Below are positions 11,801 through 26,800 of a stretch of 64,000 nt of DNA, one piece after another. The stretch is taken from NCBI GenBank assembly GCA_032718475.1, contig JAUCBJ010006257.1, positions 1-64,000 of the forward strand, written 5' to 3'. The position numbers and the translations under genes were made by a program. Source of the stretch: Nemertoderma westbladi (Eukaryota > Animalia > Xenacoelomorpha). The notes beneath the pieces were generated by a model. It was not told the DNA's origin, did no database searches, and was given only the letters and a program-made list of their open reading frames with translations. Within the stretch, counting starts at the first letter, position 1; every line of letters starts with the position of its first letter.

Positions 11801-14800
11801 AGTCATTTGTAATCCAAGTGAAACTCAAGTCATTTGTAATCCAAGTGAAACTCAAGTAATTTGTAATCCAAGTGAAACTCAAGTCATTTGTAATCCAAGT
11901 GAAACTCAAGTCATTTGTAATCCAAGTGAAACTCAAGTCATTTGTAATCCAAGTGAAACTCAAGTCATTTGTAATCCAAGTGAAACTCAAGTAATTTGTA
12001 ATCCAAGTTGAAACTCAAGTCATTTGTAATCCAAGTTGAAACTCAAGTCATTTGTAATCCAAGTTGAAACTCAAGTCATTTGTAATCCAAGTGAAACTCA
12101 AGTCATTTGTAATCCAAGTGAAACTCAAGTCATTTGTAATCCAAGTGAAACTCAAGTCATTTGTAATCCAAGTGAAACTCAAGTCATTTGTAATCCAAGT
12201 TGAAACTCAAGTCATTTGTAATCCAAGTGAAACTCAAGTCATTTGTAATCCAAGTGAAACTCAAGTAGTTTGTAATCCAAGTGAAACTCAAGTTATTTGT
12301 AATCCAAGTGAAACTCAAGTTATTTGTAATCCAAGTGAAACTCAAGTCATTTGTAATCCAAATTGAAACTCAAGTCATTTGTAATCCAAGTGAAACTCAA
12401 GTAGTTTGTAATCCAAGTGAAACTCAAGTTATTTGTAATCCAAGTGAAACTCAAGTTATTTGTAATCCAAGTGAAACTCAAGTCATTTGTAATCCAAGTG
12501 AAACTCAAGTCATTTGTAATCCAAGTTGAAACTCAAGTCATTTGTAATCCAAGTTGAAACTCAAGTCATTTGTAATCCAAGTTGAAACTCAAGTAATTTG
12601 TAATCCAAGTTGAAACTCAAGTAATTTGTAATCCAAGTTGAAACTCAAGTAATTTGTAATCCAAGTGAAACTCAAGTCATTTGTAATCCAAGTGAAACTC
12701 AAGTCATTTGTAATCCAAGTGAAACTCAAGTAATTTGTAATCAAAGTGAAACTCAAGTTATTTGTAATCCAAGTGAAACTCAAGTTATTTGTAATCCAAG
12801 TGAAACTCAAGTCATTTGTAATCCAAGTTGAAACTCAAGTCATTTGTAATCCAAGTGAAACTCAAGTCATTTGTAATCCAAGTTGAAACTCAAGTCATTT
12901 GTAATCCAAGTGAAACTCAAGTCATTTGTAATCCAAGTGAAACTCAAGTAGTTTGTAATCCAAGTGAAACTCAAGTTATTTGTAATCCAAGTGAAACTCA
13001 AGTAATTTGTAATCCAAGTTGAAACTCAAGTAATTTGTAATCCAAGTGAAACTCAAGTCATTTGTAATCCAAGTTGAAACTCAAGTCATTTGTAATCTAA
13101 GTTGAAACTCAAGTAATTTGTAATCCAAGTGAAACTCAAGTCATTTGTAATCCAAGTTGAAACTCAAGTCATTTGTAATCTAAGTTGAAACTCAAGTAAT
13201 TTGTAATCCAAGTGAAACTCAAGTAATTTGTAATCCAAGTTGAAACTCAAGTCATTTGTAATCCAAGTTGAAACTCAAGTCATTTGTAATCCAAGTGAAA
13301 CTCAAGTAATTTGTAATCCAAGTTGAAACTCAAGTCATTTGTAATCCAAGTGAAACTCAAGTCATTTGTACAAGTTGAAACTCAAGTAATTTGTAATCCA
13401 AGTTGAAACTCAAGTCATTTGTAATCTAAGTTGAAACTCAAGTCATTTGTAATCCAAGTTGAAACTCAAGTCATTTGTAACAGTTGAAACTCAAGTAATT
13501 TGTAATCCAAGTTGAAACTCAAGTCATTTGTAATCTAAGTTGAAACTCAAGTCATTTGTAATCCAAGTTGAAACTCAAGTCATTTGTAATCTAAGTTGAA
13601 ACTCAAGTCATTTGTAATCTAAGTTGAAACTCAAGTCATTTGTAATCCAAGTTGAAACTCAAGTCATTTGTAATCTAAGTTGAAACTCAAGTCATTTGTA
13701 ATCCAAGTGAAACTCAAGTCATTTGTAAAGTTGAAACTCAAGTAATTTGTAATCCAAGTTGAAACTCAAGTCATTTGTAATCTAAGTTGAAACTCAAGTC
13801 ATTTGTAATCCAAGTTGAAACTCAAGTCATTTGTAATCTAAGTTGAAACTCAAGTAATTTGTAATCCAAGTGAAACTCAAGTCATTTGTAATCCAAGTTG
13901 AAACTCAAGTCATTTGTAATCTAAGTTGAAACTCAAGTAATTTGTAATCCAAGTGAAACTCAAGTAATTTGTAATCCAAGTTGAAACTCAAGTCATTTGT
14001 AATCCAAGTTGAAACTCAAGTCATTTGTAATCCAAGTGAAACTCAAGTAATTTGTAATCCAAGTTGAAACTCAAGTCATTTGTAATCCAAGTGAAACTCA
14101 AGTCATTTGTAATCCAAGTTGAAACTCAAGTCATTTGTAATCCAAGTTGAAACTCAAGTCATTTGTAATCCAAGTGAAACTCAAGTCATTTGTAATCCAA
14201 GTGAAACTCAAGTCATTTGTAATCCAAGTGAAACTCAAGTCATTTGTAATCCAAGTTGAAACTCAAGTCATTTGTAATCCAAGTTGAAACTCAAGTCATT
14301 TGTAATCCAAGTTGAAACTCAAGTCATTTGTAATCCAAGTGAAACTCAAGTCATTTGTAATCCAAGTTGAAACTCAAGTCATTTGTAATCCAAGTTGAAA
14401 CTCAAGTAATTTGTAATCCAAGTTGAAACTCAAGTCATTTGTAATCCAAGTGAAACTCAAGTCATTTGTAATCCAAGTGAAACTCAAGTCATTTGTAATC
14501 CAAGTGAAACTCAAGTCATTTGTAATCCAAGTTGAAACTCAAGTCATTTGTAATCCAAGTTGAAACTCAAGTCATTTGTAATCCAAGTTGAAACTCAAGT
14601 AATTTGTAATCCAAGTTGAAACTCAAGTAATTTGTAATCCAAGTTGAAACTCAAGTAATTTGTAATCCAAGTGAAACTCAAGTCATTTGTAATCCAAGTG
14701 AAACTCAAGTCATTTGTAATCCAAGTGAAACTCAAGTAATTTGTAATCAAAGTGAAACTCAAGTTATTTGTAATCCAAGTGAAACTCAAGTTATTTGTAA

Positions 14801-17800
14801 TCCAAGTGAAACTCAAGTCATTTGTAATCCAAGTTGAAACTCAAGTCATTTGTAATCCAAGTGAAACTCAAGTCATTTGTAATCCAAGTTGAAACTCAAG
14901 TCATTTGTAATCCAAGTGAAACTCAAGTCATTTGTAATCCAAGTGAAACTCAAGTAGTTTGTAATCCAAGTGAAACTCAAGTTATTTGTAATCCAAGTGA
15001 AACTCAAGTAATTTGTAATCCAAGTTGAAACTCAAGTAATTTGTAATCCAAGTGAAACTCAAGTCATTTGTAATCCAAGTTGAAACTCAAGTCATTTGTA
15101 ATCCAAGTTGAAACTCAAGTCATTTGTAATCCAAGTTGAAACTCAAGTCATTTGTAATCCAAGTTGAAACTCAAGTCATTTGTAATCCAAGTGAAACTCA
15201 AGTAATTTGTAATCCAAGTGAAACTCAAGTCATTTGTAATCCAAGTTGAAACTCAAGTAATTTGTAATCCAAGTGAAACTCAAGTCATTTGTAATCCAAG
15301 TTGAAACTCAAGTCATTTGTAATCCAAGTTGAAACTCAAGTCATTTGTAATCCAAGTTGAAACTCAAGTCATTTGTAATCCAAGTTGAAACTCAAGTCAT
15401 TTGTAATCCAAGTTGAAACTCAAGTCATTTGTAATCCAAGTTGAAACTCAAGTCATTTGTAATCCAAGTTGAAACTCAAGTAATTTGTAATCCAAGTTGA
15501 AACTCAAGTAATTTGTAATCCAAGTGAAACTCAAGTCATTTGTAATCCAAGTTGAAACTCAAGTCATTTGTAATCCAAGTTGAAACTCAAGTCATTTGTA
15601 ATCCAAGTTGAAACTCAAGTAATTTGTAATCCAAGTTGAAACTCAAGTAATTTGTAATCCAAGTGAAACTCAAGTCATTTGTAATCCAAGTTGAAACTCA
15701 AGTCATTTGTAATCCAAGTGAAACTCAAGTCATTTGTAATCCAAGTGAAACTCAAGTAATTTGTAATCCAAGTGAAACTCAAGTTATTTGTAATCCAAGT
15801 GAAACTCAAGTTATTTGTAATCCAAGTGAAACTCAAGTCATTTGTAATCCAAGTTGAAACTCAAGTCATTTGTAATCCAAGTGAAACTCAAGTCATTTGT
15901 AATCCAAGTTGAAACTCAAGTCATTTGTAATCCAAGTTGAAACTCAAGTCATTTGTAATCCAAGTTGAAACTCAAGTCATTTGTAATCCAAGTGAAACTC
16001 AAGTCATTTGTAATCCAAGTTGAAACTCAAGTCATTTGTAATCCAAGTGAAACTCAAGTCATTTGTAATCCAAGTGAAACTCAAGTAGTTTGTAATCCAA
16101 GTGAAACTCAAGTTATTTGTAATCCAAGTGAAACTCAAGTTATTTGTAATCCAAGTGAAACTCAAGTCATTTGTAATCCAAGTTGAAACTCAAGTCATTT
16201 GTAATCCAAGTGAAACTCAAGTCATTTGTAATCCAAGTGAAACTCAAGTCATTTGTAATCCAAGTGAAACTCAAGTAATTTGTAATCCAAGTGAAACTCA
16301 AGTCATTTGTAATCCAAGTGAAACTCAAGTCATTTGTAATCCAAGTGAAACTCAAGTCATTTGTAATCCAAGTGAAACTCAAGTCATTTGTAATCCAAGT
16401 GAAACTCAAGTAATTTGTAATCCAAGTTGAAACTCAAGTCATTTGTAATCCAAGTTGAAACTCAAGTCATTTGTAATCCAAGTTGAAACTCAAGTCATTT
16501 GTAATCCAAGTGAAACTCAAGTCATTTGTAATCCAAGTGAAACTCAAGTCATTTGTAATCCAAGTGAAACTCAAGTCATTTGTAATCCAAGTGAAACTCA
16601 AGTCATTTGTAATCCAAGTTGAAACTCAAGTCATTTGTAATCCAAGTGAAACTCAAGTCATTTGTAATCCAAGTGAAACTCAAGTAGTTTGTAATCCAAG
16701 TGAAACTCAAGTTATTTGTAATCCAAGTGAAACTCAAGTTATTTGTAATCCAAGTGAAACTCAAGTCATTTGTAATCCAAGTTGAAACTCAAGTCATTTG
16801 TAATCCAAGTGAAACTCAAGTAGTTTGTAATCCAAGTGAAACTCAAGTTATTTGTAATCCAAGTGAAACTCAAGTTATTTGTAATCCAAGTGAAACTCAA
16901 GTCATTTGTAATCCAAGTGAAACTCAAGTCATTTGTAATCCAAGTTGAAACTCAAGTCATTTGTAATCCAAGTTGAAACTCAAGTCATTTGTAATCCAAG
17001 TTGAAACTCAAGTAATTTGTAATCCAAGTTGAAACTCAAGTAATTTGTAATCCAAGTTGAAACTCAAGTAATTTGTAATCCAAGTGAAACTCAAGTCATT
17101 TGTAATCCAAGTGAAACTCAAGTCATTTGTAATCCAAGTGAAACTCAAGTAATTTGTAATCCAAGTGAAACTCAAGTTATTTGTAATCCAAGTGAAACTC
17201 AAGTTATTTGTAATCCAAGTGAAACTCAAGTCATTTGTAATCCAAGTTGAAACTCAAGTCATTTGTAATCCAAGTGAAACTCAAGTCATTTGTAATCCAA
17301 GTTGAAACTCAAGTCATTTGTAATCCAAGTGAAACTCAAGTCATTTGTAATCCAAGTGAAACTCAAGTCATTTGTAATCCAAGTGAAACTCAAGTCATTT
17401 GTAATCCAAGTGAAACTCAAGTAATTTGTAATCCAAGTTGAAACTCAAGTAATTTGTAATCCAAGTGAAACTCAAGTCATTTGTAATCCAAGTTGAAACT
17501 CAAGTCATTTGTAATCCAAGTTGAAACTCAAGTCATTTGTAATCCAAGTTGAAACTCAAGTCATTTGTAATCCAAGTTGAAACTCAAGTCATTTGTAATC
17601 CAAGTGAAACTCAAGTCATTTGTAATCCAAGTGAAACTCAAGTCATTTGTAATCCAAGTTGAAACTCAAGTAATTTGTAATCCAAGTGAAACTCAAGTCA
17701 TTTGTAATCCAAGTTGAAACTCAAGTCATTTGTAATCCAAGTTGAAACTCAAGTCATTTGTAATCCAAGTTGAAACTCAAGTCATTTGTAATCCAAGTTG

Positions 17801-20800
17801 AAACTCAAGTCATTTGTAATCCAAGTTGAAACTCAAGTCATTTGTAATCCAAGTTGAAACTCAAGTCATTTGTAATCCAAGTTGAAACTCAAGTAATTTG
17901 TAATCCAAGTTGAAACTCAAGTAATTTGTAATCCAAGTGAAACTCAAGTCATTTGTAATCCAAGTTGAAACTCAAGTCATTTGTAATCCAAGTTGAAACT
18001 CAAGTCATTTGTAATCCAAGTTGAAACTCAAGTAATTTGTAATCCAAGTTGAAACTCAAGTAATTTGTAATCCAAGTGAAACTCAAGTCATTTGTAATCC
18101 AAGTTGAAACTCAAGTCATTTGTAATCCAAGTGAAACTCAAGTCATTTGTAATCCAAGTGAAACTCAAGTAATTTGTAATCCAAGTGAAACTCAAGTTAT
18201 TTGTAATCCAAGTGAAACTCAAGTTATTTGTAATCCAAGTGAAACTCAAGTCATTTGTAATCCAAGTTGAAACTCAAGTCATTTGTAATCCAAGTGAAAC
18301 TCAAGTCATTTGTAATCCAAGTTGAAACTCAAGTCATTTGTAATCCAAGTTGAAACTCAAGTCATTTGTAATCCAAGTTGAAACTCAAGTCATTTGTAAT
18401 CCAAGTGAAACTCAAGTCATTTGTAATCCAAGTTGAAACTCAAGTCATTTGTAATCCAAGTGAAACTCAAGTCATTTGTAATCCAAGTGAAACTCAAGTA
18501 GTTTGTAATCCAAGTGAAACTCAAGTTATTTGTAATCCAAGTGAAACTCAAGTTATTTGTAATCCAAGTGAAACTCAAGTCATTTGTAATCCAAGTTGAA
18601 ACTCAAGTCATTTGTAATCCAAGTGAAACTCAAGTCATTTGTAATCCAAGTGAAACTCAAGTCATTTGTAATCCAAGTGAAACTCAAGTAATTTGTAATC
18701 CAAGTGAAACTCAAGTCATTTGTAATCCAAGTGAAACTCAAGTCATTTGTAATCCAAGTGAAACTCAAGTCATTTGTAATCCAAGTGAAACTCAAGTCAT
18801 TTGTAATCCAAGTGAAACTCAAGTAATTTGTAATCCAAGTTGAAACTCAAGTCATTTGTAATCCAAGTTGAAACTCAAGTCATTTGTAATCCAAGTTGAA
18901 ACTCAAGTCATTTGTAATCCAAGTGAAACTCAAGTCATTTGTAATCCAAGTGAAACTCAAGTCATTTGTAATCCAAGTGAAACTCAAGTCATTTGTAATC
19001 CAAGTGAAACTCAAGTCATTTGTAATCCAAGTTGAAACTCAAGTCATTTGTAATCCAAGTGAAACTCAAGTTATTTGTAATCCAAGTGAAACTCAAGTAG
19101 TTTGTAATCCAAGTGAAACTCAAGTTATTTGTAATCCAAGTGAAACTCAAGTTATTTGTAATCCAAGTGAAACTCAAGTCATTTGTAATCCAAGTTGAAA
19201 CTCAAGTCATTTGTAATCCAAGTGAAACTCAAGTAGTTTGTAATCCAAGTGAAACTCAAGTTATTTGTAATCCAAGTGAAACTCAAGTTATTTGTAATCC
19301 AAGTGAAACTCAAGTCATTTGTAATCCAAGTTGAAACTCAAGTCATTTGTAATCCAAGTGAAACTCAAGTCATTTGTAATCCAAGTGAAACTCAAGTCAT
19401 TTGTAATCCAAGTTGAAACTCAAGTCATTTGTAATCCAAGTTGAAACTCAAGTAATTTGTAATCCAAGTTGAAACTCAAGTAATTTGTAATCCAAGTGAA
19501 ACTCAAGTCATTTGTAATCCAAGTTGAAACTCAAGTCATTTGTAATCCAAGTTGAAACTCAAGTCATTTGTAATCCAAGTTGAAACTCAAGTAATTTGTA
19601 ATCCAAGTTGAAACTCAAGTAATTTGTAATCCAAGTGAAACTCAAGTCATTTGTAATCCAAGTTGAAACTCAAGTCATTTGTAATCCAAGTGAAACTCAA
19701 GTCATTTGTAATCCAAGTGAAACTCAAGTAATTTGTAATCCAAGTGAAACTCAAGTTATTTGTAATCCAAGTGAAACTCAAGTTATTTGTAATCCAAGTG
19801 AAACTCAAGTCATTTGTAATCCAAGTTGAAACTCAAGTCATTTGTAATCCAAGTGAAACTCAAGTCATTTGTAATCCAAGTTGAAACTCAAGTCATTTGT
19901 AATCCAAGTTGAAACTCAAGTCATTTGTAATCCAAGTTGAAACTCAAGTCATTTGTAATCCAAGTGAAACTCAAGTCATTTGTAATCCAAGTTGAAACTC
20001 AAGTCATTTGTAATCCAAGTGAAACTCAAGTCATTTGTAATCCAAGTGAAACTCAAGTAGTTTGTAATCCAAGTGAAACTCAAGTTATTTGTAATCCAAG
20101 TGAAACTCAAGTTATTTGTAATCCAAGTGAAACTCAAGTCATTTGTAATCCAAGTTGAAACTCAAGTCATTTGTAATCCAAGTGAAACTCAAGTCATTTG
20201 TAATCCAAGTGAAACTCAAGTCATTTGTAATCCAAGTGAAACTCAAGTAATTTGTAATCCAAGTGAAACTCAAGTCATTTGTAATCCAAGTGAAACTCAA
20301 GTCATTTGTAATCCAAGTGAAACTCAAGTCATTTGTAATCCAAGTGAAACTCAAGTCATTTGTAATCCAAGTGAAACTCAAGTAATTTGTAATCCAAGTT
20401 GAAACTCAAGTCATTTGTAATCCAAGTTGAAACTCAAGTCATTTGTAATCCAAGTTGAAACTCAAGTCATTTGTAATCCAAGTGAAACTCAAGTCATTTG
20501 TAATCCAAGTGAAACTCAAGTCATTTGTAATCCAAGTGAAACTCAAGTCATTTGTAATCCAAGTGAAACTCAAGTCATTTGTAATCCAAGTTGAAACTCA
20601 AGTCATTTGTAATCCAAGTGAAACTCAAGTCATTTGTAATCCAAGTGAAACTCAAGTAGTTTGTAATCCAAGTGAAACTCAAGTTATTTGTAATCCAAGT
20701 GAAACTCAAGTTATTTGTAATCCAAGTGAAACTCAAGTCATTTGTAATCCAAATTGAAACTCAAGTCATTTGTAATCCAAGTGAAACTCAAGTAGTTTGT

Positions 20801-23800
20801 AATCCAAGTGAAACTCAAGTTATTTGTAATCCAAGTGAAACTCAAGTTATTTGTAATCCAAGTGAAACTCAAGTCATTTGTAATCCAAGTTGAAACTCAA
20901 GTCATTTGTAATCCAAGTGAAACTCAAGTCATTTGTAATCCAAGTGAAACTCAAGTCATTTGTAATCCAAGTTGAAACTCAAGTCATTTGTAATCCAAGT
21001 GAAACTCAAGTCATTTGTAATCCAAGTGAAACTCAAGTCATTTGTAATCCAAGTTGAAACTCAAGTCATTTGTAATCCAAGTGAAACTCAAGTCATTTGT
21101 AATCCAAGTGAAACTCAAGTCATTTGTAATCCAAGTGAAACTCAAGTCATTTGTAATCCAAGTTGAAACTCAAGTCATTTGTAATCCAAGTGAAACTCAA
21201 GTCATTTGTAATCCAAGTTGAAACTCAAGTCATTTGTAATCCAAGTGAAACTCAAGTCATTTGTAATCCAAGTTGAAACTCAAGTCATTTGTAATCCAAG
21301 TTGAAACTCAAGTCATTTGTAATCCAAGTGAAACTCAAGTCATTTGTAATCCAAGTGAAACTCAAGTCATTTGTAATCCAAGTGAAACTCAAGTCATTTG
21401 TAATCCAAGTGAAACTCAAGTCATTTGTAATCCAAGTTGAAACTCAAGTCATTTGTAATCCAAGTGAAACTCAAGTCATTTGTAATCCAAGTGAAACTCA
21501 AGTCATTTGTAATCCAAGTGAAACTCAAGTCATTTGTAATCCAAGTGAAACTCAAGTCATTTGTAATCCAAGTGAAACTCAAGTCATTTGTAATCCAAGT
21601 GAAACTCAAGTCATTTGTAATCCAAGTGAAACTCAAGTCATTTGTAATCCAAGTGAAACTCAAGTCATTTGTAATCCAAGTGAAACTCAAGTCATTTGTA
21701 ATCCAAGTGAAACTCAAGTCATTTGTAATCCAAGTGAAACTCAAGTCATTTGTAATCCAAGTTGAAACTCAAGTCATTTGTAATCCAAGTTGAAACTCAA
21801 GTCATTTGTAATCCAAGTGAAACTTAAGTCTTTTGTAATCCAAGTGAAACTCAAGTCATTTGTAATCCAAGTGAAACTCAAGTCATTTGTAATCCAAGTT
21901 GAAACTCAAGTCATTTGTAATCCAAGTTGAAACTCAAGTCATTTGTAATCCAAGTTGAAACTCAAGTCATTTGTAATCCAAGTTGAAACTCAAGTCATTT
22001 GTAATCCAAGTTGAAACTCAAGTCATTTGTAATCCAAGTTGAAACTCAAGTCATTTGTACAAGTTGAAACTCAAGTCATTTGTAATCACAGTTGAAACTC
22101 AAGTCATTTGTAATCCAAGTGAAACTCAAGTCATTTGTAATCCAAGTGAAACTCAAGTCATTTGTATCCAAGTGAAACTCAAGTCATTTGTAATCCAAGT
22201 GAAACTCAAGTCATTTGTAATCCAAGTGAAACTCAAGTCATTTGTAATCCAAGTTGAAACTCAAGTCATTTGTAATCCAAGTGAAACTCAAGTCATTTGT
22301 AATCCAAGTTGAAACTCAAGTCATTTGTAATCCAAGTGAAACTCAATTCATTTGTAATCCAAGTGAAACTCAAGTCATTTGTAATCCAAGTTGAAACTCA
22401 AGTCATTTGTAATCCAAGTGAAACTCAAGTCATTTGTAATCCAAGTTGAAACTCAAGTCATGTGTAATCCAAGTTGAAACTCAAGTCATTTGTAATCCAA
22501 GTGAAACTTAAGTCTTTTGTAATCCAAGTGAAAATCAAGTCATTTGTAATCCAAGTGAAACTCAAGTCATTTGTAATCCAAGTTGAAACTCAAGTCATTT
22601 GTAATCCAAGTTGAAACTCAAGTCATTTGTAATCCAAGTGAAACTCAAGTCATTTGTAATCCAAGTGAAACTCAAGTCATTTGTAATCCAAGTTGAAACT
22701 CAAGTCATTTGTAATCCAAGTGAAACTCAAGTCATTTGTAATCCAAGTGAAACTCAAGTCATTTGTAATCCCAGTGAAACTCAAGTCATTTGTAATCCAA
22801 GTTGAAACTCAAGTCATTTGTAATCCAAGTTGAAACTCAAGTCATTTGTAATCCAAGTGAAACTTAAGTCTTTTGTAATCCAAGTGAAAATCAAGTCATT
22901 TGTAATCCAAGTGAAACTCAAGTCATTTGTAATCCAAGTTGAAACTCAAGTCATTTGTAATCCAAGTTGAAACTCAAGTCATTTCTAATCCAAGTTGAAA
23001 CTCAAGTCATTTGTAATCCAAGTTGAAACTCAAGTCATTTGTAATCCAAGTTGAAACTCAAGTCATTTGTAATCCAAGTTGAAACTCAAGTCATTTGTAA
23101 AGTTGAAACTCAAGTCATTTGTAATCACAGTTGAAACTCAAGTCATTTGTAATCCAAGTGAAACTCAAGTCATTTGTAATCCAAGTGAAACTCAAGTAGT
23201 TTGTAATCCAAGTGAAACTCAAGTTATTTGTAATCCAAGTGAAACTCAAGTTATTTGTAATCCAAGTGAAACTCAAGTCATTTGTAATCCAAGTTGAAAC
23301 TCAAGTCATTTGTAATCCAAGTGAAACTCAAGTCATTTGTAATCCAAGTGAAACTCAAGTCATTTGTAATCCAAGTGAAACTCAAGTCATTTGTAATCCA
23401 AGTGAAACTCAAGTCATTTGTAATCCAAGTGAAACTCAAGTCATTTGTAATCCAAGTGAAACTCAAGTCATTTGTAATCCAAGTGAAACTCAAGTCATTT
23501 GTAATCCAAGTGAAACTCAAGTCATTTGTAATCCAAGTTGAAACTCAAGTCATTTGTAATCCAAGTTGAAACTCAAGTCATTTGTAATCCAAGTTGAAAC
23601 TCAAGTCATTTGTAATCCAAGTGAAACTCAAGTCATTTGTAATCCAAGTGAAACTCAAGTCATTTGTAATCCAAGTGAAACTCAAGTCATTTGTAATCCA
23701 AGTGAAACTCAAGTCATTTGTAATCCAAGTTGAAACTCAAGTCATTTGTAATCCAAGTGAAACTCAAGTCATTTGTAATCCAAGTGAAACTCAAGTAGTT

Positions 23801-26800
23801 TGTAATCCAAGTGAAACTCAAGTTATTTGTAATCCAAGTGAAACTCAAGTCATTTGTAATCCAAGTGAAACTCAAGTCATTTGTAATCCAAGTTGAAACT
23901 CAAGTCATTTGTAATCCAAGTGAAACTCAAGTCAGTTTGTAATCCAAGTGAAACTCAAGTCATTTGTAATCCAAGTGAAACTCAAGTCATTTGTAATCCA
24001 AGTGAAACTCAAGTCATTTGTAATCCAAGTTGAAACTCAAGTCATTTGTAATCCAAGTGAAACTCAAGTCATTTGTAATCCAAGTGAAACTCAAGTCATT
24101 TGTAATCCAAGTTGAAACTCAAGTCATTTGTAATCCAAGTGAAACTCAAGTCATTTGTAATCCAAGTGAAACTCAAGTCATTTGTAATCCAAGTTGAAAC
24201 TCAAGTCATTTGTAATCCAAGTGAAACTCAAGTCATTTGTAATCCAAGTGAAACTCAAGTCATTTGTAATCCAAGTGAAACTCAAGTCATTTGTAATCCA
24301 AGTTGAAACTCAAGTCATTTGTAATCCAAGTGAAACTCAAGTCATTTGTAATCCAAGTTGAAACTCAAGTCATTTGTAATCCAAGTGAAACTCAAGTCAT
24401 TTGTAATCCAAGTTGAAACTCAAGTCATTTGTAATCCAAGTTGAAACTCAAGTCATTTGTAATCCAAGTGAAACTCAAGTCATTTGTAATCCAAGTGAAA
24501 CTCAAGTCATTTGTAATCCAAGTGAAACTCAAGTCATTTGTAATCCAAGTGAAACTCAAGTCATTTGTAATCCAAGTTGAAACTCAAGTCATTTGTAATC
24601 CAAGTGAAACTCAAGTCATTTGTAATCCAAGTGAAACTCAAGTCATTTGTAATCCAAGTGAAACTCAAGTCATTTGTAATCCAAGTGAAACTCAAGTCAT
24701 TTGTAATCCAAGTGAAACTCAAGTCATTTGTAATCCAAGTGAAACTCAAGTCATTTGTAATCCAAGTGAAACTCAAGTCATTTGTAATCCAAGTGAAACT
24801 CAAGTCATTTGTAATCCAAGTGAAACTCAAGTCATTTGTAATCCAAGTGAAACTCAAGTCATTTGTAATCCCAGTGAAACTCAAGTCATTTGTAATCCAA
24901 GTTGAAACTCAAGTCATTTGTAATCCAAGTTGAAACTCAAGTCATTTGTAATCCAAGTGAAACTTAAGTCTTTTGTAATCCAAGTGAAACTCAAGTCATT
25001 TGTAATCCAAGTGAAACTCAAGTCATTTGTAATCCAAGTTGAAACTCAAGTCATTTGTAATCCAAGTTGAAACTCAAGTCATTTCTAATCCAAGTTGAAA
25101 CTCAAGTCATTTGTAATCCAAGTTGAAACTCAAGTCATTTGTAATCCAAGTTGAAACTCAAGTCATTTGTAATCCAAGTTGAAACTCAAGTCATTTGTAA
25201 AGTTGAAACTCAAGTCATTTGTAATCACAGTTGAAACTCAAGTCATTTGTAATCCAAGTGAAACTCAAGTCATTTGTAATCTAAGTGAAAATCAAGTCAT
25301 TTGTATCCAAGTGAAACTCAAGTCATTTGTAATCCAAGTGAAACTCAAGTCATTTGTAATCCAAATGAAACTCAAGTCATTTGTAATCCAAGTTGAAACT
25401 CAAGTCATTTGTAATCCAAGTGAAACTCAAGTCATTTGTAATCCAAGTTGAAACTCAAGTCATTTGTAATCCAAGTGAAACTCAATTCATTTGTAATCCA
25501 AGTGAAACTCAAGTCATTTGTAATCCAAGTTGAAACTCAAGTCATTTGTAATCCAAGTGAAACTCAAGTCATTTGTAATCCAAGTTGAAACTCAAGTCAT
25601 GTGTAATCCAAGTTGAAACTCAAGTCATTTGTAATCCAAGTGAAACTTAAGTCTTTTGTAATCCAAGTGAAAATCAAGTCATTTGTAATCCAAGTGAAAC
25701 TCAAGTCATTTGTAATCCAAGTTGAAACTCAAGTCATTTGTAATCCAAGTTGAAACTCAAGTCATTTGTAATCCAAGTGAAAATCAAGTCATTTGTAATC
25801 CAAGTGAAACTCAAGTCATTTGTAATCCAAGTTGAAACTCAAGTCATTTGTAATCCAAGTGAAACTCAAGTCATTTGTAATCCAAGTGAAACTCAAGTCA
25901 TTTGTAATCCCAGTGAAACTCAAGTCATTTGTAATCCAAGTTGAAACTCAAGTCATTTGTAATCCAAGTTGAAACTCAAGTCATTTGTAATCCAAGTGAA
26001 ACTTAAGTCTTTTGTAATCCAAGTGAAAATCAAGTCATTTGTAATCCAAGTGAAACTCAAGTCATTTGTAATCCAAGTTGAAACTCAAGTCATTTGTAAT
26101 CCAAGTTGAAACTCAAGTCATTTCTAATCCAAGTTGAAACTCAAGTCATTTGTAATCCAAGTTGAAACTCAAGTCATTTGTAATCCAAGTTGAAACTCAA
26201 GTCATTTGTAATCCAAGTTGAAACTCAAGTCATTTGTAAAGTTGAAACTCAAGTCATTTGTAATCACAGTTGAAACTCAAGTCATTTGTAATCCAAGTGA
26301 AACTCAAGTCATTTGTAATCTAAGTGAAACTCAAGTCATTTGTATCCAAGTGAAACTCAAGTCATTTGTAATCCAAGTGAAACTCAAGTCATTTGTAATC
26401 CAAGTGAAACTCAAGTCATTTGTAATCCAAGTGAAACTCAAGTCATTTGTAATCCAAGTGAAACTCAAGTCATTTGTAATCCAAGTGAAACTCAAGTCAT
26501 TTGTAATCCAAGTTGAAACTCAAGTCATTTGTAATCCAAGTGAAACTCAAGTCATTTGTAATCCAAGTTGAAACTCAAGTCATTTGTAATCCAAGTGAAA
26601 CTCAAGTCATTTGTAATCCAAGTGAAACTCAAGTCATTTGTAATCCAAGTTGAAACTCAAGTCATTTGTAATCCAAGTGAAACTCAAGTCATTTGTAATC
26701 CAAGTTGAAACTCAAGTCATTTGTAATCCAAGTGAAACTCAAGTCATTTGTAATCCAAGTGAAACTCAAGTCATTTGTAATCCAAGTTGAAACTCAAGTC

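Noticed and set aside
9184-26571. Numerous ORFs (ETQVICNPS / KLKSFVIQV repeats)
   Set aside because: Translations of 27-bp monomer runs, broken at each 28-bp unit; starts are non-ATG.
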